From Clostridiaceae bacterium (GTDB taxonomy: Bacteria; Bacillota; Clostridia; DUPQ01), in assembly GCA_012729955.1 (NCBI GenBank), contig JAAYBX010000020.1, forward strand, positions 88,414 to 152,413: 64,000 bases of DNA, written 5' to 3'. The notes beneath the pieces were generated by a model. The model was not told the origin of the DNA, did not search any database, and was given only the letters and a program-made list of their open reading frames with translations. Both the position numbers and the translations under genes were made by a program. This document shows positions 49,362-58,297 of the stretch, piece by piece; positions within the stretch are counted from its first letter, which is position 1; each line of letters opens with the position of its first letter.

Positions 49362-51259
49362 TTTTTATCTCCAATCATATATATTGCTGCCTCGTAAGGC
49401 CTAAGAAGCTCGTGGCTGTCTTTGTAGTTAGATATTATTTTCTTATAACTTTTCCTGATTACATCTGTTCTTCTCTTCTTGTTAGTATCTAATAAATTTA
49501 TTTCTATATAGAAACATGCATCTTTGTCTTTTCTTCTAAAACAGAATGTATCTGCATCGTTATTACTAAGCGTAAAATCACCGTAAATCAGTGTTTGGTT
49601 ATCCTTTCTTAAAGTGATAAGGGACTTCATATAATTTAGAATGGATTCCGAATCTTCTATCTGTTTTTTCACATTATATCTCATATAGTCATTTGAACAG
49701 TCTATCCATGGTCTTACATCAGAGAATCCGCCATATGCAGCATCTTCCCATTGCATAGGTATCCTAGCATGGTCTCTAGTTCCCGGTGCGACTTTCTTGA
49801 TGGCGTCCTGTTGCGTCATACCCTCGCCTAAATACATATTATACATATTTATTGCTTCAACATCCCGAAAATCCGATATATCCCTGAATGAGGTATCAAT
49901 CATGCCTATTTCCTGACCTTGATAAAAATATGGAGTCCCTCTTAATGTAAGCATCAATGTGATGACAAGTTTTGCTACGACATCACGAAAAGATTCCTGT
50001 TTGGTTATCCTTGATAAAAATCTAGGATTATCATGATTTTCAAAAACAAGAGCCGGCCAACAACCATCTTTGAACTCAGTCTGCCATTTAATCAGCAGTG
50101 GTTTAAGCTTTCTTAAATCATACTTATATGAATCATATCTTCCTTTGCCCGGATTATTTAACTGGTCAAAATTAAATATCTGGTCAAGTTCCTTTCTGGA
50201 TTCGCAAGTCATCATTTTAGCCGCTTCAAGACCGATTCCTGCACCTTCTCCGACTGTGAAAGCATCATACTTATCAAAGGTCATCTTACGCATTTCACGA
50301 AGATATTCATGCAGCTTGGGTCCGTAAATCATATGCTCATAACCGACAGCCCCGACAAGATTGGACAATAATTGCACACCATCAGGGAGGCCTGGTGTCT
50401 TGGAAATCAGGTTAATCACATCCAGCCTGAATCCGTCCACTCCCTTTTCCAGCCATCTGTTTATCATCTGATAAATATCCTTGCGCATATGTTCATTTTC
50501 CCAGTTTAAATCCATCTGTTTCTTCGAAAAGACATGAAGGGCGTATTCATCCAAATTGGGATAATAGTTCCAGGCAGATCCTTTAAACGCAGAAGTCCAG
50601 TTATTAGGAGGCCTGTTCCCTTTCCCCTCCTTAAAGATATAGTAATCATGATATTTTGATTCCTTACCTTTTAATGCTTCCTGAAACCAGAAATGCTCAT
50701 CTGAAGTATGGTTAATTACAAGGTCCATGATAAGCTTCATGTTTCTTTTATGTATTTCCTGCAACATAACATCAAAATCATCCATGTCGCCGAATTCTTT
50801 CATGATTTTCTCATAATCCCGTATATCATATCCATTATCATCGTTAGGTGAATCATATATTGGTGATAACCAGACAGCATCTATACCGATATCCTTCAGA
50901 TAATCAAGTTTTGATGTTATACCGTTAAGATCGCCAATACCATCATTATTAGAATCCTTAAATGATCTAGGATATATCTGATAAAATACTGCGTTTTTCC
51001 ACCATTGCTTTTTTTCTTCAGAGACTTTACATTCAAGCAACTCAGGTTCGCGGTTAAGAATATCAATAAGAGTGTCTAAAAAATCATCGGTAATCAGATT
51101 TTTAGTAAGAGAAGGAAGATTTCTCAGTTTTATGTTCCCTACTATAGGATTTCGAAATAATACCGGATCCTTGCCTGACATGTACATCAGTAACTCCATT
51201 ACATCTTTACCAAATGGTGCATTAAAAAGCGTCTTAATCTTGCTTTGTTTTGTATACAT
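49358..51259 (-). CDS. GH13 alpha-glucosidase / oligo-1,6-glucosidase-like with N-terminal extension
   Basis: WWKNAVFYQIYPRSFKDSNNDGIGDL, DLVINHTS, GFRLDV, and a FENHDNPR motif series. I prefer the start MYTKQSK (GGAG SD) over the ORF-track ATG at 51316. Confidence 0.85.
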   Translation of the reverse strand: MYTKQSKIKTLFNAPFGKDVMELLMYMSGKDPVLFRNPIVGNIKLRNLPSLTKNLITDDFLDTLIDILNREPELLECKVSEEKKQWWKNAVFYQIYPRSFKDSNNDGIGDLNGITSKLDYLKDIGIDAVWLSPIYDSPNDDNGYDIRDYEKIMKEFGDMDDFDVMLQEIHKRNMKLIMDLVINHTSDEHFWFQEALKGKESKYHDYYIFKEGKGNRPPNNWTSAFKGSAWNYYPNLDEYALHVFSKKQMDLNWENEHMRKDIYQMINRWLEKGVDGFRLDVINLISKTPGLPDGVQLLSNLVGAVGYEHMIYGPKLHEYLREMRKMTFDKYDAFTVGEGAGIGLEAAKMMTCESRKELDQIFNFDQLNNPGKGRYDSYKYDLRKLKPLLIKWQTEFKDGCWPALVFENHDNPRFLSRITKQESFRDVVAKLVITLMLTLRGTPYFYQGQEIGMIDTSFRDISDFRDVEAINMYNMYLGEGMTQQDAIKKVAPGTRDHARIPMQWEDAAYGGFSDVRPWIDCSNDYMRYNVKKQIEDSESILNYMKSLITLRKDNQTLIYGDFTLSNNDADTFCFRRKDKDACFYIEINLLDTNKKRRTDVIRKSYKKIISNYKDSHELLRPYEAAIYMIGDKK

Positions 51260-51370
51260 GGCAGATCTCCTTCTTTTTCTAATTTTAGCATCATTAGTGA
51301 TTGTTATCAAATACATATATCACATTTAATAGTAAGTTATATAATTAATTCATAATTTTGGAAGGAGATT

Positions 51371-51475
51371 ATGATTCTGCAAACAGCGGAATCATATAAA
51401 TGTTTTATGCTTTTAAGTAAAAATCAGACAATACATATGATTGGTGATTCAACATGCTGCAAGTGGCATCTTTAA
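51371..51475 (+). pseudogene. Orphan 5' stub of an SGNH-hydrolase paralogue (34 codons) with its own -10 box and SD
   Basis: Own translation: MILQTAESYKCFMLLSKNQTIHMIGDSTCCKWHL. Region 51392-51451 aligns without gaps to 53562-53621 (47/60 identical by hand count), which is the start of the intact SGNH gene. The stub stops 1 nt from the convergent lipoprotein gene's stop. Confidence 0.5.
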
Positions 51476-51476
51476 A

Positions 51477-53180
51477 CTAATCAACATTCTCCTTTATTGT
51501 ATAACAGTACTCATACTCTAAGCCTAATTCATTTATAGACCCTGCATATTGGCTCGCAACATCTGAAGGTGCAAAATACTGTCTTAAATATCTTGTCAAA
51601 GATTCCATGTCCGCATCGCTTCTTGTCTCTATAGTTATAGACTCAATGTATTCGTTTTTATAGGCTTCTTTTTCATACTTACTATTATTACCCACATATG
51701 TTATATATATTACATCATACTGATCAGTCGAATCCTCAGGTAACTCGTAATAACCTATTGCCGTAAATGCAACGTATAACCTGTTAGTGCTGTTTTCATC
51801 TGTTGTATATAACTCTAAAACTTGTTGGTCTGTTGTTAAATAATGTCGAACGGCTTCAAACATTGGTGCAGGCACTATAGCATATCCCTCCATAGCGCCC
51901 CCTCTTTGTGTAGCACGACTTACGTAATCTTCCTCCCTTTGTACAACAAGATCTTTGTTTGTGTAGTTGCTGTAAAAATATATCTCACTGTTCTTCTTAT
52001 CACTTTTTATTTCACTAATACTTGTAATAGCCTGATGATAAGGCGGTAGCGGATAATCCATCCAAATGTTGTCTTGCGACCTCCCTAAAGTCATCAGCTT
52101 TAAACCATAAGGCTGATAATTCGTTCCCGAAGAGTAATCAGCTGGATTTACTCCTTTTCTACCCGTACTTATAACTATGTCAGTTATGAATTTAGCATAA
52201 TCGAAGTAATCTTTTACGAATGCATCGCCATATAAATGCGACATCTCCAAATTTTCTTTCCCGTCTATCCTGGAAATGGTTATAACATTCTTTTTAAAGT
52301 CTGTGTCTTCCTCAATATATACCGGCTCTAAACCCACAGTGTTAATAAACATATATGGATAGGTTTCATTAAGCCTGTTTATCCTCTTCGTATATTGTGA
52401 AAGCATATTATAGTCAGCGAATATACTATTTAAATAAAATACAAAATCGGTAAGATCTTTATTTTCATCTACATCAATCTCCATACGGTCAATATGATTT
52501 GATACATCAAAATTTACTCCTGCTGCTGCCCTGCTAAATGCCGCAAAGGACAGGTATAAAGCATCATATTCATTGTCTGTTGTATATTCCCCTATTATCT
52601 TGAAGTTATCAAAAGTATTTGTTTCGGAATTTTGCATGTAAATAACCTTTTTACCATCAGATAATCCGGCTTTAATATGTTTACTCAAGGTAGAGGGAAT
52701 AATAGCATAATTCTGAAGGTAGTCTTCAAGCAAATCCTCAGTATAGCCTTCATATAATGTGATCTTACTATCTTCTTTATCTGCAACTATACCATTTAGC
52801 GTAGTTATACCTTTACAATACTTTAACGAATTAATAACTCCCTTAACTTCCTCACTGTCCGCATTAGCAAAGACGCCTTCATAGTTAGACATCTTAAAGC
52901 CTGCATCACCAATCGTATATCTTACGGATGAAATATTAAGACTGACTATTTCGTCTTCAAATCTCGATCTGTCTGTCATTATAAGCATAGCATATTTGTA
53001 TGGCATATTTAGCGGTTCTTGACCGTCCACTCTTCTTATAGCTATGTCACTGTTAAATGTCGTTGTATTAAAACCCTCCAACAGTTTTTTTGAGCTGTCA
53101 CAAGACACTGACAACAATGCTGTTATAACAATCACTATTAAAATAGCTATGGTTATACCTGTTTTTTTCATTTTTTCCAT
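51477..53180 (-). CDS. Orphan lipoprotein with two-fold internal repeat, function unknown
   Basis: Signal peptide plus lipobox (ALLSVSC). The two halves share blocks, for example IAIRRVDGQEPLNM / ITISRIDGKENLEM and IDRMEIDVDENKDLTDFVFYLNSIFA / IESITIETRSDADMESLTRYLRQYFA. The start is uncertain: ATG ending at 53180 or 53171, or the ORF-track TTG at 53198. Confidence 0.65.
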   Translation of the reverse strand: MEKMKKTGITIAILIVIVITALLSVSCDSSKKLLEGFNTTTFNSDIAIRRVDGQEPLNMPYKYAMLIMTDRSRFEDEIVSLNISSVRYTIGDAGFKMSNYEGVFANADSEEVKGVINSLKYCKGITTLNGIVADKEDSKITLYEGYTEDLLEDYLQNYAIIPSTLSKHIKAGLSDGKKVIYMQNSETNTFDNFKIIGEYTTDNEYDALYLSFAAFSRAAAGVNFDVSNHIDRMEIDVDENKDLTDFVFYLNSIFADYNMLSQYTKRINRLNETYPYMFINTVGLEPVYIEEDTDFKKNVITISRIDGKENLEMSHLYGDAFVKDYFDYAKFITDIVISTGRKGVNPADYSSGTNYQPYGLKLMTLGRSQDNIWMDYPLPPYHQAITSISEIKSDKKNSEIYFYSNYTNKDLVVQREEDYVSRATQRGGAMEGYAIVPAPMFEAVRHYLTTDQQVLELYTTDENSTNRLYVAFTAIGYYELPEDSTDQYDVIYITYVGNNSKYEKEAYKNEYIESITIETRSDADMESLTRYLRQYFAPSDVASQYAGSINELGLEYEYCYTIKENVD

Positions 53181-53523
53181 ACTGTTTGTTTTATCCAATC
53201 ATCGGTTAAGGTGATTGAATCCTCCTTTCTCTCGAACTTTTCTGAGTAATTCCTTATCATTCATAGCATATCTAAATTAAGAACTGTGTATTTGTGTCCA
53301 TACTGCTTATTTTTCGTCTTGCATTCATAATGCAGAAACATCGATTTCTCGCTTTATTACTTTTATTATAACACATATTTTTTTTTGTCAACTTTTTCAT
53401 ATCTAACGAAAAATCAGATTCTCAATTGGATGCAACAGTTACTGTTTTCAATCAGTCTTTTCTCAATATTTTAAATACAGCAACATAGTGATATAATTTA
53501 CTAAATATATTTGAGAGGAGATT

Positions 53524-53586
53524 ATGATTTTGTCTTGGGCATTATCATTGCTTGGACACTGTCATATAAATGATTTATGTTATTAG
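53524..53586 (+). CDS. Candidate 20-codon upstream ORF overlapping the SGNH start
   Basis: ATG at 53524 has the only strong SD in the region (GAGAGGAGATT). It translates to MILSWALSLLGHCHINDLCY. Its TAG (53584-53586) overlaps the SGNH ATG (53577). No evidence of translation. Confidence 0.3.
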   Translation: MILSWALSLLGHCHINDLCY

Positions 53587-54209
53587 AAAAAAATCAAAAG
53601 ATACTCATGATCGGCGATTCAGTAACCGATTGCAACAGGAGAGAAGAAAATACTGCTTTTTTAGGTAACTCATATCCGCATTTAGTAGCATCTGAACTGT
53701 ATCTGGAATATCCTGATATGAATATTGAGGTTATAAACAAAGGGATTTCAGGTGATACTTCCAAGATGCTTATAGACAGATGGAAGGCAGATGTTCTGGA
53801 TAATAACCCTGACATACTTACAATACTGATAGGTATAAACGATGTATGGAGACATTATGACTGTCCAGACCCTTCAAAAAGAGTATCAAAAGATGATTAT
53901 ATAAAGAATATGCGGTTAATGATAGAAAGCTTAATACACACTGCAAAAAAGATTATTATATTATCTCCCTTTTATCTTGAAGAGGATATGACAAAACCTA
54001 TGAAAGCGCAAGCAAACGAGTATATAGATGCTTTAAGACAGCTTGTGAAAGAATATGATGTTATTTTTATTGATCTTCAAAAAGAATTCGAAAAGCTCAT
54101 GAGAAAATATTCATTTGATCAGCTTACCTTTAAGTCAGATAAGATTCATCCTACAATGTTCGGACAATATGTAATAGCCAGATTAATACTGAACACCCTT
54201 AAAAAATAA
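53577..54209 (+). CDS. SGNH/GDSL-family hydrolase
   Basis: ILMIGDSVTD (block I), GISGDTS (block II), GINDV (block III), and DKIHP (block V). 210 aa. Confidence 0.85.
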   Translation: MLLEKNQKILMIGDSVTDCNRREENTAFLGNSYPHLVASELYLEYPDMNIEVINKGISGDTSKMLIDRWKADVLDNNPDILTILIGINDVWRHYDCPDPSKRVSKDDYIKNMRLMIESLIHTAKKIIILSPFYLEEDMTKPMKAQANEYIDALRQLVKEYDVIFIDLQKEFEKLMRKYSFDQLTFKSDKIHPTMFGQYVIARLILNTLKK

Positions 54210-54215
54210 TAGGTA

Positions 54216-55148
54216 TTATTCAAATAAAGGGGTTGATAAATATCTCTCACCAGTATCGGGAAGAATAACAGCAATGTTCTTCCCTTTATTTTCATGCTTT
54301 TTTGCGATCTCAATTGCACCGGCAAGTGCAGCACCTGAAGAGACTCCGCACAGTATACCTTCATCACGGGCAAGATTCTTAGTCCATATATATGCATCTT
54401 CAGTTTTCACAGGAATTATTTCATTTATCAGGCTCATATCGAGCACATCAGGAATGAATCCTGCTCCTATCCCGGATATTCCATGTCTTCCTGGTATACT
54501 ACCTTTTAAAACCTGTGATTCAAATGGTTCTACTGCAACTATATGCACTTCTGCATTTTGTTCTTTGAAATATCTTGCACATCCGGTTATAGTACCACCT
54601 GTACCTACACCTGCAACAAAAATATCTAATCTTCCTTCAAGATCCTCCAGTATCTGTTTTCCAGTTATTTTCTCATGAATCAGAGGATTATATGGATTCT
54701 TAAACTGGCTTAATGAAAAAGCTTCGGTAAATTCAAGTGATTTGTCTATTGCGCCTTTCATTCCAAGAGCTGTATCTGTAAGAATGACTTCAGCTCCATA
54801 TGCTTTAAGAAGCAACACTCTTTCCCTGCTTGCATTGGCAGGCATACAGATAATAAGGCTGTATCCTAATCTTGCGCAAATCATAGCTAGAGCTATACCC
54901 GTATTACCGCTTGTAGCTTCAACAATTGTTATCTTTTCATTGTTCTTGACTGCTTTTAAGTATCTTTCATCCTGTTGGAGTCCCATAATCAACGAATATG
55001 CCGTCCTGTCCTTTACGCTTCCGCCAGGATTGAAACTCTCTATTTTTGCAAATATATTCGCCATAAGCAAATATTTCTGCTTTAAAGCGCATAGCTCAAC
55101 TAATGGTGTCTTGCCTATAACATCAAGTATCCCTTTATAAACCGTCAT
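54216..55148 (-). CDS. cysK: Cysteine synthase A (O-acetylserine sulfhydrylase)
   Basis: NPGGSVKDR (PLP lysine), TSGNTGIALA, and GTGGTITG motifs. 310 aa. Confidence 0.9.
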   Translation of the reverse strand: MTVYKGILDVIGKTPLVELCALKQKYLLMANIFAKIESFNPGGSVKDRTAYSLIMGLQQDERYLKAVKNNEKITIVEATSGNTGIALAMICARLGYSLIICMPANASRERVLLLKAYGAEVILTDTALGMKGAIDKSLEFTEAFSLSQFKNPYNPLIHEKITGKQILEDLEGRLDIFVAGVGTGGTITGCARYFKEQNAEVHIVAVEPFESQVLKGSIPGRHGISGIGAGFIPDVLDMSLINEIIPVKTEDAYIWTKNLARDEGILCGVSSGAALAGAIEIAKKHENKGKNIAVILPDTGERYLSTPLFE

Positions 55149-56223
55149 ATATTATTCCTCCTCCAACTACTCTGTCATTTTCGTAAAAAACTGCTGACTG
55201 GCCCTTAACTGCGGCTCTGACAGGCTCATCGAATATTACCTTTATTCCATCTTCAACAGTAATAATCATAGCGCTTACAGCAGGCATGGAATTCCTTATC
55301 TTTACCATTACATGCATCAGTTCAGGTAAGTTTTTACGACAAATCAGATTAATATCACTTATCATAAGCTCTTTAGAGTAAAGATCCTCTTCATTACCTA
55401 AAACAACCTCATTTTTTTCGGCATTTTTACCTATAACATACATTCTTTTATTAAAGCCTTTATTTAATCCTCTTCTTTGGCCAGGAGTAAAATGAATATG
55501 ATTTTCTCCCTTGCCCAGTACATTACCCTGTTCATCTGTGAATATGCTTTCCTTGTAAATACCCTTCTTATGTTCTTTAATAAAATCGGTATAATCCATT
55601 CCCTTAATAAAGCATATATCCTGGCTTTCCTTTTTGTCCTTCACCGGCAGACCTATCTTATCAGCAATTTTTCTTACCTCTTCCTTATTCATGTCAGCTA
55701 TCGGAAATAGTATCCTGCTTAACTGCTGCTGATTGAGCTTGTACAGGAAATATGACTGGTCTTTTCTTTCGTTCTTTGATTTATAAAGACAAAAACACCC
55801 TGAGTGTTCGTCGAATTTAATATTCGCATAATGGCCTGTTGCGACATAACTGATACCCAGACTGTCAGCCTTATCGATAAGGTGTTTGAATTTAAAGGTG
55901 CTGTTACATAATACACATGGATTCGGTGTATCTCCTTTAATATATGAGTCAATGAAGTAAGCTTCTATCGAATTTTTGAACTCTTCCTGTTTGTCTTCAA
56001 TATATAAAGGAATATTAAGCATAGATGCAATATCTGCAGCATCTTTAACGGACGCTTTATGGTTTTCAGACATGATATATGTTACTGCGTGGACATCATA
56101 TCCTTCAGTTTTCAGAAGATATGCAGTTACAGCGCTGTCAACACCGCCTGACAAGCCGATAAGTACAGATTTCTTATGAATATCAGTCAACAGTTGCACC
56201 AATATTTGTGAATGTGCCGTCAA
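55135..56223 (-). CDS. mnmA: tRNA 2-thiouridine(34) synthase
   Basis: LSGGVDSAV PP-loop, catalytic Cys region NPCVLCN, and DQSYFL. The start may be the TTG at LTDIHKK, which overlaps the upstream stop (TTGACTGA). Confidence 0.9.
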   Translation of the reverse strand: MTAHSQILVQLLTDIHKKSVLIGLSGGVDSAVTAYLLKTEGYDVHAVTYIMSENHKASVKDAADIASMLNIPLYIEDKQEEFKNSIEAYFIDSYIKGDTPNPCVLCNSTFKFKHLIDKADSLGISYVATGHYANIKFDEHSGCFCLYKSKNERKDQSYFLYKLNQQQLSRILFPIADMNKEEVRKIADKIGLPVKDKKESQDICFIKGMDYTDFIKEHKKGIYKESIFTDEQGNVLGKGENHIHFTPGQRRGLNKGFNKRMYVIGKNAEKNEVVLGNEEDLYSKELMISDINLICRKNLPELMHVMVKIRNSMPAVSAMIITVEDGIKVIFDEPVRAAVKGQSAVFYENDRVVGGGIIYDGL

Positions 56224-56902
56224 TATATGCTAATCCATCCGATATTGTGAAGGACTTCAAGTCTTTCAACATCGGTAATTCAAGACTTATAGTTTGACCG
56301 ATATATTGCGAAACAAATGATCTGACATCTCTGCCAAGATTGAACAGGTTTATGAAATTCATAACATGTACATCCTTAACATATATGTCATTAATCTTCA
56401 ACATAAGCTTACCGTCAGGTGAAACACCCTCAATAGAGATATATAGCGTGAACTTAGTGTTTGATAGTACTGATACTGCAACATCAGGCAGATTTGCGGT
56501 ATTCTTCAAAGCCTGACCATCTATATAGATATCGAAATGAACAGTATTATCAGGCTGCATGTTAAATTCAATGCTGTTTATGTACATCGATTGCAGATAT
56601 TCTTTGGAAATATTCATCATCGCAGTTACTTCTTCCGAAGTAAATCCTACATTTTCTACTCGAATTGGTTTATCAATATTCAATATTGCTTCCTCAACTG
56701 ATGAATAACCGCTTAGCTGGTCATTACTGATTCCCATCTTGGCAAACATGCTGAAAGTACCTTTATCCACATCAGGTGCTTCTATAGGCTTATTTAAATT
56801 ATCTGCAATCCTATTTATTGATCTTCCAACACAATAACCGCTTGCTGCTCCTATTGATACAATAAGCAAAACTATAACTAAAATCCATATCCTGTTCTTC
56901 AT
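56183..56902 (-). CDS. Membrane-anchored hypothetical protein
   Basis: 239 aa with a single N-terminal TM helix (IWILVIVLLIVSIGAASGY). No motif recognised. It overlaps or abuts the mnmA start. Confidence 0.55.
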   Translation of the reverse strand: MKNRIWILVIVLLIVSIGAASGYCVGRSINRIADNLNKPIEAPDVDKGTFSMFAKMGISNDQLSGYSSVEEAILNIDKPIRVENVGFTSEEVTAMMNISKEYLQSMYINSIEFNMQPDNTVHFDIYIDGQALKNTANLPDVAVSVLSNTKFTLYISIEGVSPDGKLMLKINDIYVKDVHVMNFINLFNLGRDVRSFVSQYIGQTISLELPMLKDLKSFTISDGLAYIDGTFTNIGATVD

Positions 56903-56932
56903 TGAATCCTCCTTGGAAAGCCAGATTCATAT

Positions 56933-58294
56933 CTATTTCACGAATCTTTCCATGGCATTTCCGACACACAAATTATATATCAGTTTTTTTGCCAATTCAA
57001 TCGGGTACTCGTCAGAATCTGTCCAGGACCCTACAACAGAACATAAAATCCTTCTATAGTAATCATGGCGTGCATAAGACAGAAAACTGCGGCTGTCCGT
57101 CAGCATTCCAAGACTGGATCCCAAACAAGATAATGAAGCAACTTTTTTAATATTCTCCACTATTCCTTCGTAATGATCCATATGCCACCAGGCAGCTCCA
57201 AATATTACATCTCTGAATGAACCGCATGCTGTTAAGGCTTGATAGTATGATGCAGGATTTAAAATATATACTATAGTCTTTGCAAGTTTTTCCTGTTTAT
57301 CCATTTCGTTAAGAATTTTTGAAAAAGCTATGCCATCCAATGGATTTGATGATATATCGCAGCCGCAATCCGGACCGATAGTATCAAATAGTCTTGAGTT
57401 TGTATTTCTATAAACGCCTGTATGTATCTGTTGGGTTATTCCTCTTTTTTTATACTCAGAGGAAAGATATATAAACATATATCCAAGAAACTTCTCATAA
57501 TCGTCTTTTTCAATCTTTTTGTTCAAAAGAGCTAATTTGAAAGTTTTATCGGCAGTATCATAATCAAAATCAGGAGACGCAGTATATTGAATTCCCACAT
57601 CGGAAAGGCTGCACCCATTTGCAATGAAATAATCCATCCTTTTTGAGATAGCTATACATAAGGATTTAATATCAGTTATATCTGTTCCAGATACTTTTTT
57701 AAGCATGTCTATATACAATGGGTAATCTGGCCTTGTTATTAATAACACATTGTCAGTCCTGAATGTAGGTGCGACCTGCGTTTTGAATGATTTATCCTGT
57801 TTAATAAGCTTATGGTATTTCAAATCATCTGTTATATCATCTGTTGTGGCGATATAAATCACATTCGAAGAGGTTATTAGCTTTCTTGGGCTGAGTTCCT
57901 TTTCCTTTATAACTTGATTGGCTTTATCCCATATTGTTTGTGCATTATCAGCTGATATAGTAATATCTGTATCAAAATAATTTTTGAGTTCCATTGCTGA
58001 CCAGTGAAAAAGCGGATTGCCTGGAGAGTTCTCTATTGTCCTGCAATATGAGAAGAATTTGTCTTTCCAATCGGCTTTTCCTGTTATGTATTCCTCATCA
58101 ATACCAAAAGCCCTCATCAGCCTCCATTTATAATGATCCCCGCCAAGCCACATTAAACCGATATTATCAAATTGCTTATCCTCATAAATTTCTTTGGGGC
58201 TTAAGTGACAGTGATAATCCACTATAGGCAGATTCTTTGCTACCTCGTCATATAGCAGTTGGCCTGCTTTAGAATATATATATTGTGTTTTCAT
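56933..58294 (-). CDS. uxaC: Glucuronate isomerase
   Basis: N-terminal LPIVDYHCHLSPKEI and GGDHYKWRLMR motifs. 453 aa. Confidence 0.9.
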   Translation of the reverse strand: MKTQYIYSKAGQLLYDEVAKNLPIVDYHCHLSPKEIYEDKQFDNIGLMWLGGDHYKWRLMRAFGIDEEYITGKADWKDKFFSYCRTIENSPGNPLFHWSAMELKNYFDTDITISADNAQTIWDKANQVIKEKELSPRKLITSSNVIYIATTDDITDDLKYHKLIKQDKSFKTQVAPTFRTDNVLLITRPDYPLYIDMLKKVSGTDITDIKSLCIAISKRMDYFIANGCSLSDVGIQYTASPDFDYDTADKTFKLALLNKKIEKDDYEKFLGYMFIYLSSEYKKRGITQQIHTGVYRNTNSRLFDTIGPDCGCDISSNPLDGIAFSKILNEMDKQEKLAKTIVYILNPASYYQALTACGSFRDVIFGAAWWHMDHYEGIVENIKKVASLSCLGSSLGMLTDSRSFLSYARHDYYRRILCSVVGSWTDSDEYPIELAKKLIYNLCVGNAMERFVK

Positions 58295-58297
58295 AAT

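Noticed and set aside
53199-53460. Possible riboswitch or leader in the roughly 300-nt region upstream of the orphan lipoprotein gene
   Set aside because: Only short local hairpins (TGCAT-TCATA-ATGCA) and trivial uORFs are present, and nothing resembles a riboswitch class I know. It is left as uncharacterised 5' region.
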